A stretch of DNA of 64,000 nucleotides from the human T2T-CHM13v2.0 reference genome, Homo sapiens, in NCBI RefSeq assembly GCF_009914755.1, contig NC_060926.1. One strand, written 5' to 3'. A program made the translations under genes and the position numbers. Each line of letters begins with the position of its first letter. The stretch's first letter is position 1. This document shows, piece by piece, positions 14,387 to 27,855 of this stretch. The notes under the pieces were generated by a model that did no database searches, had not been told where the DNA came from, and saw only the letters and a program-made list of their open reading frames with translations.

Positions 14387-15091
14387 ACTCTCTCTCTCAA
14401 CTCTTTCAGTATCCTCTCCACCTCACCTTCCACTCCACCTACATAAAGACACTAACATTCAGTTTCATAGGAAACGAGGATGGCTTATTGTGTTTAGTTT
14501 CCAACACAAATACAGAACAGAGTGCTCTTCTCCAAGTCTTGTCAGTTGTGATGCTCTTTTTCCTCAGCGATCTGAGGGAATCAAGGGAACCATTCAGGCT
14601 CTGCTGTGGCTGGAGTTAGGTCACACTAGGCAGAGCAAATCTGCTTTAAGAATGTCCAAGACAGGCACGGTGATGTATTGCTCTTACTCTGATAGAGCCT
14701 ACAGGTCATTTTAAGTTGAAATCCAAAAGGAACCAAAGGAAATTTAAATTATATATATAGGCTTCCCTAATAGTGATATATTTTCCTTGAAAACATTTCA
14801 ATCAATTGTTTTTCAGAGGTTGGTTGTCCAAAAGAAGAAATATTTCTCTGGGGGCTTTGGAAGTCTCTTGACTTTATAGTCTGTCAGAGGCCAAGAAAGG
14901 CAATTTAGTAGCATAGGCAGTGAGCAGCTGCCCACTCCTCGGAAGTTCGGTTCCTCTTAGAAGGAGGCCCCAGCGGGTACATGCACGCGGTGGAACGCTT
15001 TATTCCCTTTAACAATATGCGCACCACCACCCCTTTCTAGTGGGAATTGATTACAAGAATAATCAACTCATGGTTCCTCATTTTTCATAAA

Positions 15092-15330
15092 ATTAGCTAA
15101 CACATATCAAGATTCTCTTTGTGCCAGGCGTTGTTCTAAGGACTTTCCTGGCATTAGTTCACTTAATCCTTATAACAATTCTGTAAATTCTGTTATTATC
15201 TCCATTTTACAGACAGCAAACTGAGGCACTAGGAATTAGTTAACTTGCCCAAGGTCATACCTGTTAATAAGAGGTAAAGATAGTATTCAAACTAATTCTG
15301 GCTCCAGAGTTGCACACTAACCACTATGCT
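15092..15330 (-). mobile_element. MIR
   Basis: CCATTTTACAGACAGCAAACTGAGGCAC...AACTTGCCCAAGGTCA core. Confidence 0.85.
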
Positions 15331-15346
15331 GCCTTAAAAAAACAAG

Positions 15347-15698
<352 letters not shown>

Positions 15699-15730
15699 TT
15701 ATTTGACTTGTCTATTTGACAAGTAGAAAC

Positions 15731-16191
15731 TATTATGGGTTGAATTGTGTCCCTCCTCACCCCCTAAAACATATGTTGGAGTCGTAACCCCTAGTACCTT
15801 AGAATATGACCTTATTTAGAAGTAGGGTCATTATAGTTGTAATTAGTTAAGATGAGCTCATACTGGAGTACTGTGGGCCCCCAATCCAATATAACTGATG
15901 TTCTTAAAAGACAGCCATGTAAAGACAAAGATACACAGGGAAAACGTCATGTAACAACAAAGGCAGAGATTGGAGTTATGCAGTTGCAAGACAAGGCATG
16001 CCAAAGACAGCCAGCGAACCATCAGAAGCTGGAAGAGCCAAGGAAGAATTTTCCTATAAGATTCAGAGGGAATGCAGCCCTGCCTTGATTTCAGACTTCT
16101 AACCCACAGAAGTATAAGGCGACACATTTCTGTTATTTTAAGCCACTCAGTGTGTAGCACTTTTTTACGGCAGCCCTAGGAAACTGATACC
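15731..16191 (+). mobile_element. MaLR solo LTR (MLT1B/C)
   Basis: TATGGGTTGAATTGTGTCCC...GGCAGAGATTGGAG...GCAGCCCTAGGAAACTGATAC. Confidence 0.88.
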
Positions 16192-16302
16192 AAACTGATG
16201 CATTTATCCTCCCTACTTTTTCACTGTTACCTCCTACCTTCCAACAGCAGTGCCACAGAACAGGAGTCCCACTTGTTAGGGAAAGAAACAAAAACCTGAG
16301 TT

Positions 16303-16378
16303 ATTCATTCATTCAGAGCCTGGCATGATTGCTGCCACATTATAGATGCTTAATAAGTGTTTGTTGATTGAATGAATT
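16303..16378 (+). mobile_element. L2 3' terminus
   Basis: AGAGCCTGGCA...TGCTTAATAAGTGTTTGTTGATTGAATGAAT. Confidence 0.6.
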
Positions 16379-17123
16379 CTTCCAACATTTATGAAGGGAT
16401 TGCTTTTTGCAATGATTATAATAAAAATGGGACAAACGAACTTACAAATCAAGAGTAGACAGTAGATACCATTCTCCCTCTCAAATCCACAGGTAACTTG
16501 GGAGGTATTATTACTGAAGTTTCTTCCAGCATCCCTAACATAAGGAAAAATGACCATTTTAAGAACTGGTTTCTGGACCCTCCTGTTCCATTGATCTCTT
16601 TGTCAGTTTGGGAGTCGTATTTCACCTCTTTTCCATTTCCTTGCCCCCCTCTGGTGGAGGCGCTAATGAATGGAGAAGGGTATGAAAAGCAGACAGCAGG
16701 AGGGAGGAACACAACTCCCAAAGCTGATCATGAGGGCTTGGATAATTGAGAGGACACCACTGTCAGATGGCAGAGAAAGCACTCTGAACATGCTTCAGAC
16801 ATTAACATCTAATGAAAGCTTATAAAGGTACTTTGAAACAGGTTTGCCCAAAGTCAGAGTGAAATGATTATTCTGAACAAAATTCAATAAACAAGTTGAG
16901 TGAAAAGAGAGAACAAAGAAGAGTACGTGTAATATGGTCTTATTTTTATAAAGCAATAACAAAAATTTCTGCATATATATGTGTGACTAAAATTGTTTGT
17001 GTACATTTATGAATATTTAAAGTTGTATGAACATGGACAAAGATGGGGAAGAATACCGTATTAGTTTCCTATGGCTGCTATAACAAATTGCTACAAACTT
17101 GGTGTATTAAAACAACAGAGTAA

Positions 17124-17459
17124 GGCCGGGCATGGTGGTTCATGCCTGTAATCCCAGCACTTTGGGAGGCGGAGGCGGGCAGATCACAAGGTCAGGAGAT
17201 CAAGACCATCCTGGCTAACATGGTGAAACCCTGTCTATACTAAAAATACAAAAAAATTAGCCAGGTGTGGTGGCACATGCCTGTAGTTCCAGCTACTCGG
17301 GAGGTTGAGGCAGGAGAATTGCTTAAACCCAGAGGCAGAGGTTGCAGTGAGCTGAGATTGCATCACTGCACTCCAGCCTGGTGACAGAGGGAGACTCCAT
17401 CGCATAACAAACAAACAAACAACAACAACAACAACAAATAACAACAACAACAAAAAAAC
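17124..17459 (+). mobile_element. Alu (AluSc-like), (AAC)n tail
   Basis: GAGATCAAGACCATCCTGG and CAGCCTGGTGACAG; TSD AACAGAGTA. Confidence 0.93.
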
Positions 17460-18100
17460 AGAGTAGTCAAATTCATAGAGACGGAAAGTAGAATGGTGGT
17501 TGCCCATAGGCTAGAGATGGAGGGGAATAGAATGTCGTTTAATGGGTATAAAGTTTCAGTTTTGCCAGATGAAAAGAGTTCTGGAAGAGACTGGTTGTAC
17601 AACAATGAAAATGTACTTAACACTACTGTACTATACACTTAAAAAGTTGGTGTCTTAGTTCATTTATGCTGCTATAACACAATACCTGAGACTGGGTAAT
17701 TTATAAACAATGGAAATTTATTTCTCGCAGTTTTGGGGGCTGGGAAGTCCAAGATCAAGGTGCCAGCAGGTTTGATGTCTGGCAAGGGCTGCTCTCTGCT
17801 TCCAAGATGGCACCTTGTTGCTGCATCCTCTGGGGGGACTAACCCTCATGTTAGTGTCCTCATGTGGAGAGGCAAAAGTGCAAAAAGGGGGCAAATACTG
17901 TGTGAAGTTCTTTTGTAGGAGCCTTAATCCCATTCATGACAGAGGAGTCCTCATTAACTAATCACCTCCTAAAGGCCCTACCTCTTAATACCCTTGCATT
18001 AGACATTAAGTTTCAACCTAAATTTTGGAGGGAACACAAACATTCAAACCATAGCACATAGTAAATTTTATATTTTGTGTATTTTGCCAAAAAACCCACA
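17460..18100 (+). mobile_element. L1MB 3' end, split by an MST LTR
   Basis: GAGTAGTCAAATTCATAGAGACGGAAAGTAGAATGGTGGTTGCC...ACACTTAAAAA, resumes GTAAATTTTATATTTTGTGTATTTT. Confidence 0.82.
17651..18056 (-). mobile_element. MST-family MaLR solo LTR
   Basis: TGTCTTAGTTCATTTATGCTGCTATAACA...AAACATTCAAACCATAGCA termini. Confidence 0.88.
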
Positions 18101-18111
18101 ATTTTTTAAAG

Positions 18112-18245
18112 CTTTACCTTTGAGGTAGATATTGTTTTCTAGCCCCATTTTGGAGAAAAATAAGGTGCAAGAATATGCCCAAGATCACAATGATAGATTC
18201 AAATCCAGGACGATTTGACTCTAAAGGCCTTGCTCCTAACCATAT
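18112..18245 (-). mobile_element. MIR fragment
   Basis: TGAGGTAGATATTG...CCCATTTT...TGCCCAAGATCACA...GATTCAAATCCAGG...TGACTCTAAAG. Confidence 0.65.
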
Positions 18246-18535
18246 CAAAAGTAAAATAAACAGTCTCCAATTATTAAAACAAAACAAAACCCCATAAAAT
18301 TGTTTTCTTTCAGTTCTGGAGACCAGAAGTTTGAAATCAGCTTCACTAGGCCAAAAGCGAGGTGTTGGCAGGGCTGCACACCCTCTGTAGTCTCCAGGAG
18401 AGTTCATTCCTTGCCTCTTTCAAATTATGGAGGCTGCTGGCATTCCTTGGCTTGTGGCTGCATCACTCTAATCTCTGCCTCTGTGGTCACATTGCCTTCT
18501 CTTCTGTGTGAATCGAGTCTCCCTCTGTCTCTCTC

Positions 18536-19210
18536 TGTCTTAGTTCAGGCTGCTATAACAAAATACCATAGGCTGGGTGGCTTATAAGCAACAGAAATGT
18601 ATTTCTCATAGTTCTGGAGGCTGGGAGTCCAGCATTAGGGTGACAGCATGGTCACATTCTGGTGAGGGCCCTCTTTTGGGTTGCAGACTGCCAATGTCTT
18701 GTATTTTCACATGGCAGAAAGAGTCAAGAGAGCTTTCTGGGGTCCCTCCCCCCACCTTTTTTTTTTTTTTGAGACAGGGTCTTGCTTTATCACCCAGGCT
18801 GGAGTGCAGTGGTGCCATCTTGGCTTCCTGCAACCTCCATCTCCTGGGTTCAAGAAATTCTCATGCCTCAGCCTCCTGAGTAGCTGGAATTAAAGGCACG
18901 TGCCACCACATCTGGCTAATTTTTGTATTTTTAGTAGAAATAGGGTTTTGCCATGTTGGCCAGGCTAGTCTCAAACTCCTGACCTCAAGTGATCTGCCCA
19001 CCTCGGCTTCCCAAAGTGCTGGGATTACAGGTGTGAGCCACCACTCCTGGCCTCTGGGGTCCTTTTTTAAGGGCACTAATTTAATTCATGAGTGCTCTAA
19101 CCTCATGACCTAATTACTTCCCAAAGTCTCTAGCTCCCAACATTATCGCTTTGGGGGTTAGGGTTTCAACATAGGAATTTTGGGAGGACACAAACATTCT
19201 GTCCATTGTA
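18536..19210 (-). mobile_element. MSTD/MLT1A0-type solo LTR containing an Alu
   Basis: TGTCTTAGTTCAGGCTGCTATAACAAAATACCATAG...GGACACAAACATTCTGTCCATTG. Confidence 0.85.
18757..19052 (-). mobile_element. Alu (AluSz/Sx)
   Basis: antisense dimer; TSD TCTGGGGTCC. Confidence 0.94.
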
Positions 19211-19439
19211 CTCTTTTTGAAAGACTCTGATTGCATTTAGGGCATACCTGGACAACTCAGAATAATATTTCCATTTCAATATCCTTAATTTAGTTAAATC
19301 TGCAAAGACCCTTTTTCCATATAAGATAACATTTCCATGTAAGATAACATTTACAGGTTCTGGGAATTAGGCCCTGCTATCTTTTAGGGACCATTCTTCA
19401 GCCTCCCAAAGATGTGTACTACATCATCAATATGAAGGG

Positions 19440-19915
19440 AGCAGCATGGCAGCCAGCCTTCAAGATGAGCCCTGGTGATTTGCCTCTTGATATTCATGCC
19501 TTTTTGAAGTCAGCTCCCACAATGAATGAGAGCTGTCTGTGTGACAAACATAATATGGCAGAAGTGACAGTGTATGATTTCCAGACAAAGTCATAAAGGA
19601 TGTTACGGTTTCTGCCTTGCTGCCTTTGGTAGCTTGCTCTGAGAGTAAGCCATCATGTGGGGACACTCAAGCAGCCTCATAGAGAGACCCACATGGGGAG
19701 GACTATCGCCTCCCACCAACAACCAGCACCAACTTGCCAATTATGTGAGTGTGACACCTTGGAAGTAGATCCTTGATCGTCAAGCAAGCCTTTAGAGGAC
19801 TGCAGACTTAGAACTGCTCAACTAGCCAGCCAAGTTTCCCCTCACCCATACAACTATGAAGATAGTGTTTGTTTTTTTTTTTGAGTCATTAAGTTGGGAA
19901 GGTGATTTGTAATAC
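19440..19915 (+). mobile_element. MLT1F-like MaLR LTR
   Basis: GGCAGCCAGCCTTCAAGATG...GGCAGAAGTGAC...CCAGCACCAACTTGCCA. Confidence 0.75.
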
Positions 19916-20048
19916 AGGTAGTGATGTGGGAGAAGGAGAAACCAAGCCTCCTTCATTGCCCCTCTCACCCCCTAAAAACCCTATCCTAAACAAATAAACA
20001 AAACCTCCTCATCCTACCCACATATTTAAATAAAATTATATATTTTTA

Positions 20049-20216
<168 letters not shown>

Positions 20217-20747
20217 TTATATGTTAATAATCTCTAGGACTAAGTAATGGACTTGAGTGGCACACAGCATTCCACATTTCTGGGAGCAGAGAGCACATTT
20301 CTGGTTTTGTCATAGTTATCCTTTATTTTCTTTTACCAGGAAGTGTAATGAATATCTGTTATCATTACTTAGACACTGTCCATTTGCTTTTCTTCTGGTA
20401 ACGGTGGCCCACTTTTCATCTGGGGAACTACCCTGAAAGGACAGCGTAAGGAACAAAAAAATGAAAAAGAACTAGATTTGGGGTCAGAGCTGGATGCTCG
20501 GCGTATGACTTCAATAATCCTTATGAATCAAACATTTAAAGGAGTGCCTATTGTGGTACCGCCCTGCACCTCACCGAAACTTCATGAACACCTTGGAGGA
20601 AAGAAGATGATGCATTGCTTTATAAGCTATTTTTTAAAAATCCAAAGCTTTCCATTGCCTAAAAATTAAACATGGATTAATTTAAAGCATTCTACAATAT
20701 GGTCCGATCTATTTTTCTAGTCTTCCCTTCCTCTTCGTGGCTGATGC

Positions 20748-21114
20748 ATATTTCTCAGCTCAGGCTGCCTTAACGAGTGACTTAAACAACACACATTTAT
20801 TTTCTCACAGTTCTAGGGGCTGGAAACCAAGATCAAAGTGCCAGTAGGGTTGGTTTTTGTTAGGACCTTTCCTCCTGATTTGGAGACAGCCACCTTCTCA
20901 CTGTGTCCTCACATGACCTTTCCTCTGTACACATGGAAAAAAACATTTCTGGGGTCTCTGTCTCTTTTTATAAGAGCACTAGTCCTATCCGGTTAGGGCC
21001 CTACCCTTATTGGGCCTTATTTAACCATTATTACCTCCTTCAAGTCACCATATCCAAATACAGTCACATGGGGGGTTAGGGCGTCAGCATATGAATTTTT
21101 TGGAGGACACATTT
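20748..21114 (-). mobile_element. MLT1A-type solo LTR
   Basis: TTCTCACAGTTCTAGGGGCTGGAAACCAAGATCAAAGTG...GCATATGAATTTTTTGGAGGACAC. Confidence 0.82.
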
Positions 21115-21115
21115 A

Positions 21116-21475
21116 CTGCTCACCAAATACCCATGCGTTCCTCAACATTTCCCAGGCCTCTTATAGTCAGTCAGGATTGTGTGACTGGTTCTGGCCAATT
21201 AGCTGTTGACAAAAAATACATATGTCCCTTTTGAGTGAAGCTTTTAAATGCTGATGCATGATCCTTCAATTCTCCCTTCTTTTCTCATGGCAACCTACAA
21301 GCCAGCTATAAAATGCTGTAGACTCCCTTATCCTGGGTCTGTGAATGGCTATGTGGGAAGACAAACCCAGTCCCACTAGACATGCATCACAAATTAGAAA
21401 GAAACCTTTGTGGTGTTAAGTCTTTGGGATTTCAGGGTAAATTTGTAATTAAGCAAAACCTACTATTTCCTAATT
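21116..21475 (+). mobile_element. MLT1I/J-like LTR fragment
   Basis: GTGACTGGTTCTGGCCAAT...AAACCTTTGTGGTGTTAAG. Confidence 0.6.
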
Positions 21476-21476
21476 C

Positions 21477-21750
21477 TTTTTTATTTATTTATTTATTTAT
21501 TTTTGAGACAGGGTCTTGCTCTGTTGCCGAGGCTGGAGTGGGACGATCACAGCTCCCTGCAGCGTTGACATCCCCAGGCTCAAGCCATCCTCCCATCTCA
21601 GCCTGCCCAGGAGCTGGAACCAAAGGCGCACATCACCATGCCTGCCTAATTTTTTTTGTATTTTGTAGAGAGAGGGTTTTGCCATGTTGCTCAGGCTAGT
21701 CTTGAATGCCTGGGCTCAAGTGATCCACCCCCCTCTGCCTCCCAAAGTGG
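21477..21750 (-). mobile_element. Alu (AluJ), 5'-truncated
   Basis: (TTTA)n tail, J diagnostics. Confidence 0.9.
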
Positions 21751-21960
21751 TCTTTTTAAATTTTTATGGCTACATAATAGTTTACATATTTATGGGGGAC
21801 ATGTGAAATTTTGATACAACCATATAATGTGTAATGATCAAATGAAGATAATTGGATATCCATCACCTCAAGCATTTATCATTTCTTTGTGTTAGAAACA
21901 TTCCAATTCTACTCTTCTAGTCATTTTGAGATATACAATATAAATTATTAACTATAGTCT

Positions 21961-22270
21961 ATTTATTTATTTATTTATTTATTTATTTGAGATGGAGTCT
22001 CGCTCTGTCGCCCAGGCTGGAGTATGGTGGTGCAATCTCGGCTCACTGCAACCTCCGCTTCCCAGGTTCAAGTGATTCTCTTGCATCAGCCTCCTGAGTA
22101 ACTGGGATTACAGGCATGCACCACCACGCCCAACTAATTTTTGTATTTTTAGTAGAGACGGAGTTTCACCATATTAGCCAGGCTCATTTCGAACTCCTGA
22201 CCTCAAATGATCTGCACGCCTCTGCCTCCCAAAGTGCTGAAATTACAGGCATGAGCCACTGTGCCCAGCC
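21961..22270 (-). mobile_element. Alu (AluSx/Sz)
   Basis: (ATTT)n tail, antisense dimer. Confidence 0.94.
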
Positions 22271-22637
22271 TAAGATATGTCTTTGATATTCTGATTTACT
22301 TTCTTTTGGCTATATACCCAGAAGTGGGATTGCTGGATCATATGGTAGTTCTATTTTTAGTTTTTAGAGGAACCTCCATACTGTTTGCCATAGTGATTGT
22401 ACTAATTTACATTCCCACCAACAGTGTACAAGGATTCCTCTTTCTCTTAATCCTCACCAGCATCCATTATTTTTTGTCTTTTTGCTAAAAGCCATTTTAA
22501 CTGGGGTGAGATGATATCTCATTGTAGTTTTGATTTGCATTTATCTGATGATTAATGAGGTTGAGCATTTTTCTTTCACATACCTGTTGGCCATTTTATG
22601 TCTTCTTTTGATAAATGTCTATTCGGGTATTTTGCAC

Positions 22638-23113
<476 letters not shown>

Positions 23114-23709
23114 TGATCTTATCTGTCTATTTTTGCTTTTGTTGCCTGTGCTTTTGAGGTCTTACTCAAGAAGTCTTTGCCCCGACCAATGCTATGGAGC
23201 ATTTCCCCATTTTTTTCTAGTAGTTTTATACTTTGAGGTCTTAGATTTAAGTCTTTACTCCATTTTGATTTGATTTTTGTATATATGAGAGATAGGGACT
23301 TGGTTTCATTCTTCCACATATGGCTATCCAGTTTTTCTAGCACCATTTTTTGAACAGACTGTCTTTTCCTCAATATATGATCTTGGCACTGTTGTAAAAA
23401 ATCAGTTGGCTATACATGTGTAGACTTATTTCTGAGTTATCTATTCTGTTCCATTGGTTGATGTTTTTATGTCAGCCCTGTGCTGTTTGTGTTACTATAG
23501 CTTTGTAGTATAATTTAAGTCAGGTAATGTGATGCTAAAGTTTTGTTCTTTTTGCTCAGGGTTGCTTTGATTATTCTGGGTCTTTAAATTTCATAATTTT
23601 TTTTTTCTCCAAGAAAAATGCCACTGGTATTTTGATAGGGATTGCATTGAAACTTTAGACTGCTTTGTATAGTCCTAATTCTTAAACCTTATCCTTCTAT
23701 TATAGTAAA

Positions 23710-24920
23710 CTACTAAATAAATGGACAGATATCCCATGTTCATGGATCTGAAGTCTTAATATCATTAAGGTGGCAATATTCCCCAAGTTGATCTACAGAT
23801 TCAACAAAATCCCTATAAAAATCCCAGCTACTTTTTTAATTTTTGCAAAATTTGACAAACTCATCCTAAAATTTATATGGAAATGCAAGAGACCCAGAAG
23901 AGCCAAAACAATCTTAAAGAACAAAACTGTGGAAGAGTCACATTTCTTAGTTTCAAAACTCACTATAAAGCTATAGCAATCAAGACAGTGATACTGGCTT
24001 AGTGATAGACATATGTGTATATCAATGAAATATAATTGATAATTCAGAAATAAATCCTCACATTTACAGTTAATTGATTTTTTCAACAAGGGTTTCATGA
24101 CAATTCAATGAGGAAAGAATAGTCTTTAAAAAATGTTTCTGGAACAACTGGATATTCATATACAAAGGAATGAATTTATTATAGACCCCTACCTCACATC
24201 ATATATAAAAATTAACTCAAAATGAATCAAATATCTCAAGGCAGGCACTAAATATGACCCTAAAAGCACAGGTAATGATAAAAAAAATACACTGGGTATC
24301 ATCACAATTAAAAACTTTTCTGCTTCAAAGGACATCAGTGAGAAAGTGAGAAGCAACCCACAAATTGGGAGAAAATACTTGCAAATCATATGTATAATAA
24401 GGGTCTTGTATGCAGAATATATAATAACTCTTACAATTCAACAATGTAAAGAAAACCCAATTTAAAAACAGGCAAAGGATCTGCACAAACATTTCCCCAA
24501 AGAAGACACACAAATGGCCAATAAGCATACTAAAGATGCCTAACATCATTAGTCATCAGGGACTCAAAACCACAATGAGATAGCCACCCACCAGGATGAC
24601 TATAAGGGGAAAAAAAAGGAAAAAGGCAAGTGTCAGCAAGGATGTGGAGAAGTTGGAACCTTTGTACACTGCTGGTAGGAAGGTGCAATGGCATGACTGC
24701 TTTGGAAAACAGTCTTGTAGTTCTTTAAAAACTTAAACACAGAGTTACTGCGACCCAGATTTTCCACTCTATACATACAAGAGAACTGAAAATGTATGTC
24801 CACAAAAAAAAACCCTAACGTTTATACATTATTTATGAATGGATGTTCATACATTATTACTTATAATAGCAAAAAAAGTGAAAACAATCCAAATGTCCAT
24901 CAATCGTTGAGTGCATACAC
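23710..24920 (+). mobile_element. L1M (L1MB-like) ORF2 C-terminal remnant
   Basis: ORF 23770-23976 [19 protein letters not shown]...KLILKFIWK is degenerate L1 ORF2p. Confidence 0.88.
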
Positions 24921-24964
24921 ACATCATTTTCAGTTCCTTAATGTGTCTTTATTTTCTGAAACAA

Positions 24965-25120
24965 TCTTTCCCTGACCTAAACTGAGAATCAGCCATTTTT
25001 CCAAGGAGCCCTGATTTCTTTCATCATTGCTGAATGGAATTTAGAAACCAACATCTAGGTGTGCTTATTGTCATGGGCTGTAGTTGCTTCTAGGAACTAT
25101 CAGTAGACAGAGCTAGATTT
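24965..25120 (-). mobile_element. L1MC4/5 3' fragment
   Basis: GAATCAGCCATTTTTCCAAGGAGCCCTG...TTAGAAACCAACATCTAGG. Confidence 0.6.
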
Positions 25121-26229
25121 TCTGGTATTAGGTTTGTTTTTTTTTAAGCATCCTAAATTATAAATCGATATAATACTCTCTCACCACCCCCCTAATATTC
25201 TCCTGTGAGTATTAATGGATTTCCCCTGGTGGAGTCCCATGAACTAGAGCCCCAAGGAAACAAATTGCATGTTAATCTATGGAAAATGGTGAAACATGTA
25301 GTGAGAATGAGAAATAAGGCTTTATTGTAAACCACTGACATTCAGGGGCCTTTGTTACAACCACATAATCTAACCTATTCTGACTGTTATAGCATAAAGC
25401 ACTGGTGTAGGTACAAATAGACATTTTAATATAAATAGCAAGTAGTATTAGGAAATTAAAATCTTGTTTGCCTTCACATAAATCAGTAAAGCATCAAAAG
25501 AGCAGAAGACCTATTAGAAATTTCAAACTGGCCAAATTTCCTAAAAGGCATCTGGTACTCTATCCTGACATAATAAGGGCCAGTCTCCACAAAACAGAGG
25601 CTGAAAACCCCATAAGAAACAGGGTAATGAGGGCCATGTTTTCCATATAAAACTCACTTCATGAGAATATGAGGACTCCATGTCACTGTACAGATTTATG
25701 AAGAAAACAGAATTCTTAATAGAGGCTTGGGCATCTGCTCCTATCATGGAGGGAAAGCACTTCCAGAAGCAAGTAGACAACATTTGCCTAGAACCTGCTA
25801 TTATTACACTCTGTGCATATGGTAGCTAAAAACTCATTAGTTTTATAATTCTGGCTGAAGTTGGCAAGCCACCTCCAGAAATATTTCATACAAGCAAAGT
25901 GGCAGATGGCAATTTCCTTTGTTATAATAGGATGGTTAGGGTAGTGGTCATGCATACAAAAATCATCCAGCTAGAATGAAACTACTCTTATGTAAAATAA
26001 TCAATTTATTTGCAGCTTCTGATAAGTTAATCTTCATGTAGTTGGCCTCATTTTTGTCATCCTAGAATACATTCTCAAACAGATTTACATAATTTTTTAA
26101 AATGGAATTAGAAAATAAATTTCAGTGGCTACCATGAGGTAGATACAAAATCATTTTGTAGCAGCAAAACAATCAGAGAATAGTCATTTTGTTTTAACTT
26201 TTCTCCTACAGCTGCAGTTCCTTCTGCAG

Positions 26230-26802
26230 GGACTGTTTGTTTAATGCCTCTCTGGCATACCATTCCCACCCTCTTTCTATTGGTAAAAGTGTCCCAATCA
26301 AGCTTTGAGACTCCCTACTACCCCTCCATGTAGTTGAGGTGGAGCTGACCCTTACCCCAGCCCCAAGCTCTAATGATAAATACATGACCCAGCCCTGGCT
26401 AATTTATCTCCTGACCTCATGATTGGTTCAGAGATGGGCATGTGACTCAACTTGGGCCAATGAGAAACTTCCTCCAGTTTTTTGCTGAAACTATTAAGAA
26501 AGAGATGATCTCTTTTCAGTGAATAGAATGAGAGCCTGGAGTTCCTTCTGGAATATTTGCTACAACTGCAGGAGAGCTTGTCTAACAATGCATCCATGCA
26601 GGAGAAAGCATGACCAAAAGCTTTCTGGTTTTGACTTATGTGTACCTGAGTCCAAATAATCTGGGAGTCACGATACCCCTGGGCTTTTTCATTTACATGA
26701 GTTAGTCATGAGTTAGTAAATCTCCTTTTTTTTTTTTTTTTTTTTTTTTGTTTAAGCCAGTTGGATTTCTTTCACTTGCAACTGTAAAAGTTCTGACTAA
26801 TT
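26230..26802 (+). mobile_element. LTR33-like ERVL solo LTR
   Basis: GATTGGTTCAGAGATGGGCATGTGACTCAA...GGCCAATGAGA...CACTTGCAACTG...CTGACTAAT. Confidence 0.65.
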
Positions 26803-26875
26803 CACTCCCCATTTTAGAACAGTCGAACAGCCAGAAAAATATTACAGCCCTCCCTTGTCTTACCTCTACAACTTA

Positions 26876-27424
<549 letters not shown>

Positions 27425-27437
27425 TCACAACCTGTTA

Positions 27438-27712
27438 GGCATGCCTGTAATCCCAGCTACTCTGGAGTCTGAGGCAGGAGGATCACCTAAGGCTAGGAAT
27501 TAGAGACCAGCCTGAGCAACACTGAAAGACCTCATCTCTGAAATAATTTTTTAAATCAGCTAAGCATGGTGCACACCTATAGCCCCAGTTACTTGGGAGG
27601 CTGAGGTGGGAGGACTGCTTGAGCCCAGGAGTTCGAGGCTGCAGTGAGCTATGGTTGTGCTACCGCACTCCAGCTTGGAAGACAGAGTAAGACCTTGTCT
27701 CTAAAAAAACCC
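27438..27712 (+). mobile_element. Alu (AluJ), diverged
   Basis: GAGTTCGAGGCTGCAGTGAGCTATG J diagnostics. Confidence 0.88.
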
Positions 27713-27739
27713 AAAGATAAATAATATTTAGAACTCTTT

Positions 27740-27855
27740 TATTAAGTAGGTATTATTGTGGTCACTTTACAGATGGGAGAGTTGAGGTTCAGATTGATTA
27801 ATTTTTCCCAAGTGATTCAGTTCAGTTGACAGCGTTTAAACTCATGTCCTTCTGG
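27740..27855 (-). mobile_element. MIR fragment
   Basis: GTAGGTATTATT...CTTTACAGATGGGAGAGTTGAGGTTCAGA. Confidence 0.55.

Larger units (their letters stand above)
17057..19410 (-). mobile_element. MLT1C/D-like MaLR LTR in three pieces (17057-17118, ~18291-18535, ~19211-19410)
   Basis: GTATTAGTTTCCTATGGCTGCTATAACAAATT start; CAGTTCTGGAGACCAGAAG continuation; TCTGCAAAGACCCTTTTTCC end; collinear around nested insertions. Confidence 0.8.

Noticed and set aside
19314-19352. Small tandem duplications (also CATGAGTTAGT twice near 26696)
   Set aside because: Ordinary slippage events inside old LTRs.
23600-23800. Opposite-strand L1 junction suggesting twin priming
   Set aside because: The pieces appear to be different subfamilies with overlapping ORF2 regions, and the minus copy has its own candidate TSD.
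23770-23976. ORF with real protein similarity
   Set aside because: Fragment of dead L1 ORF2 with stops and frameshifts around it.
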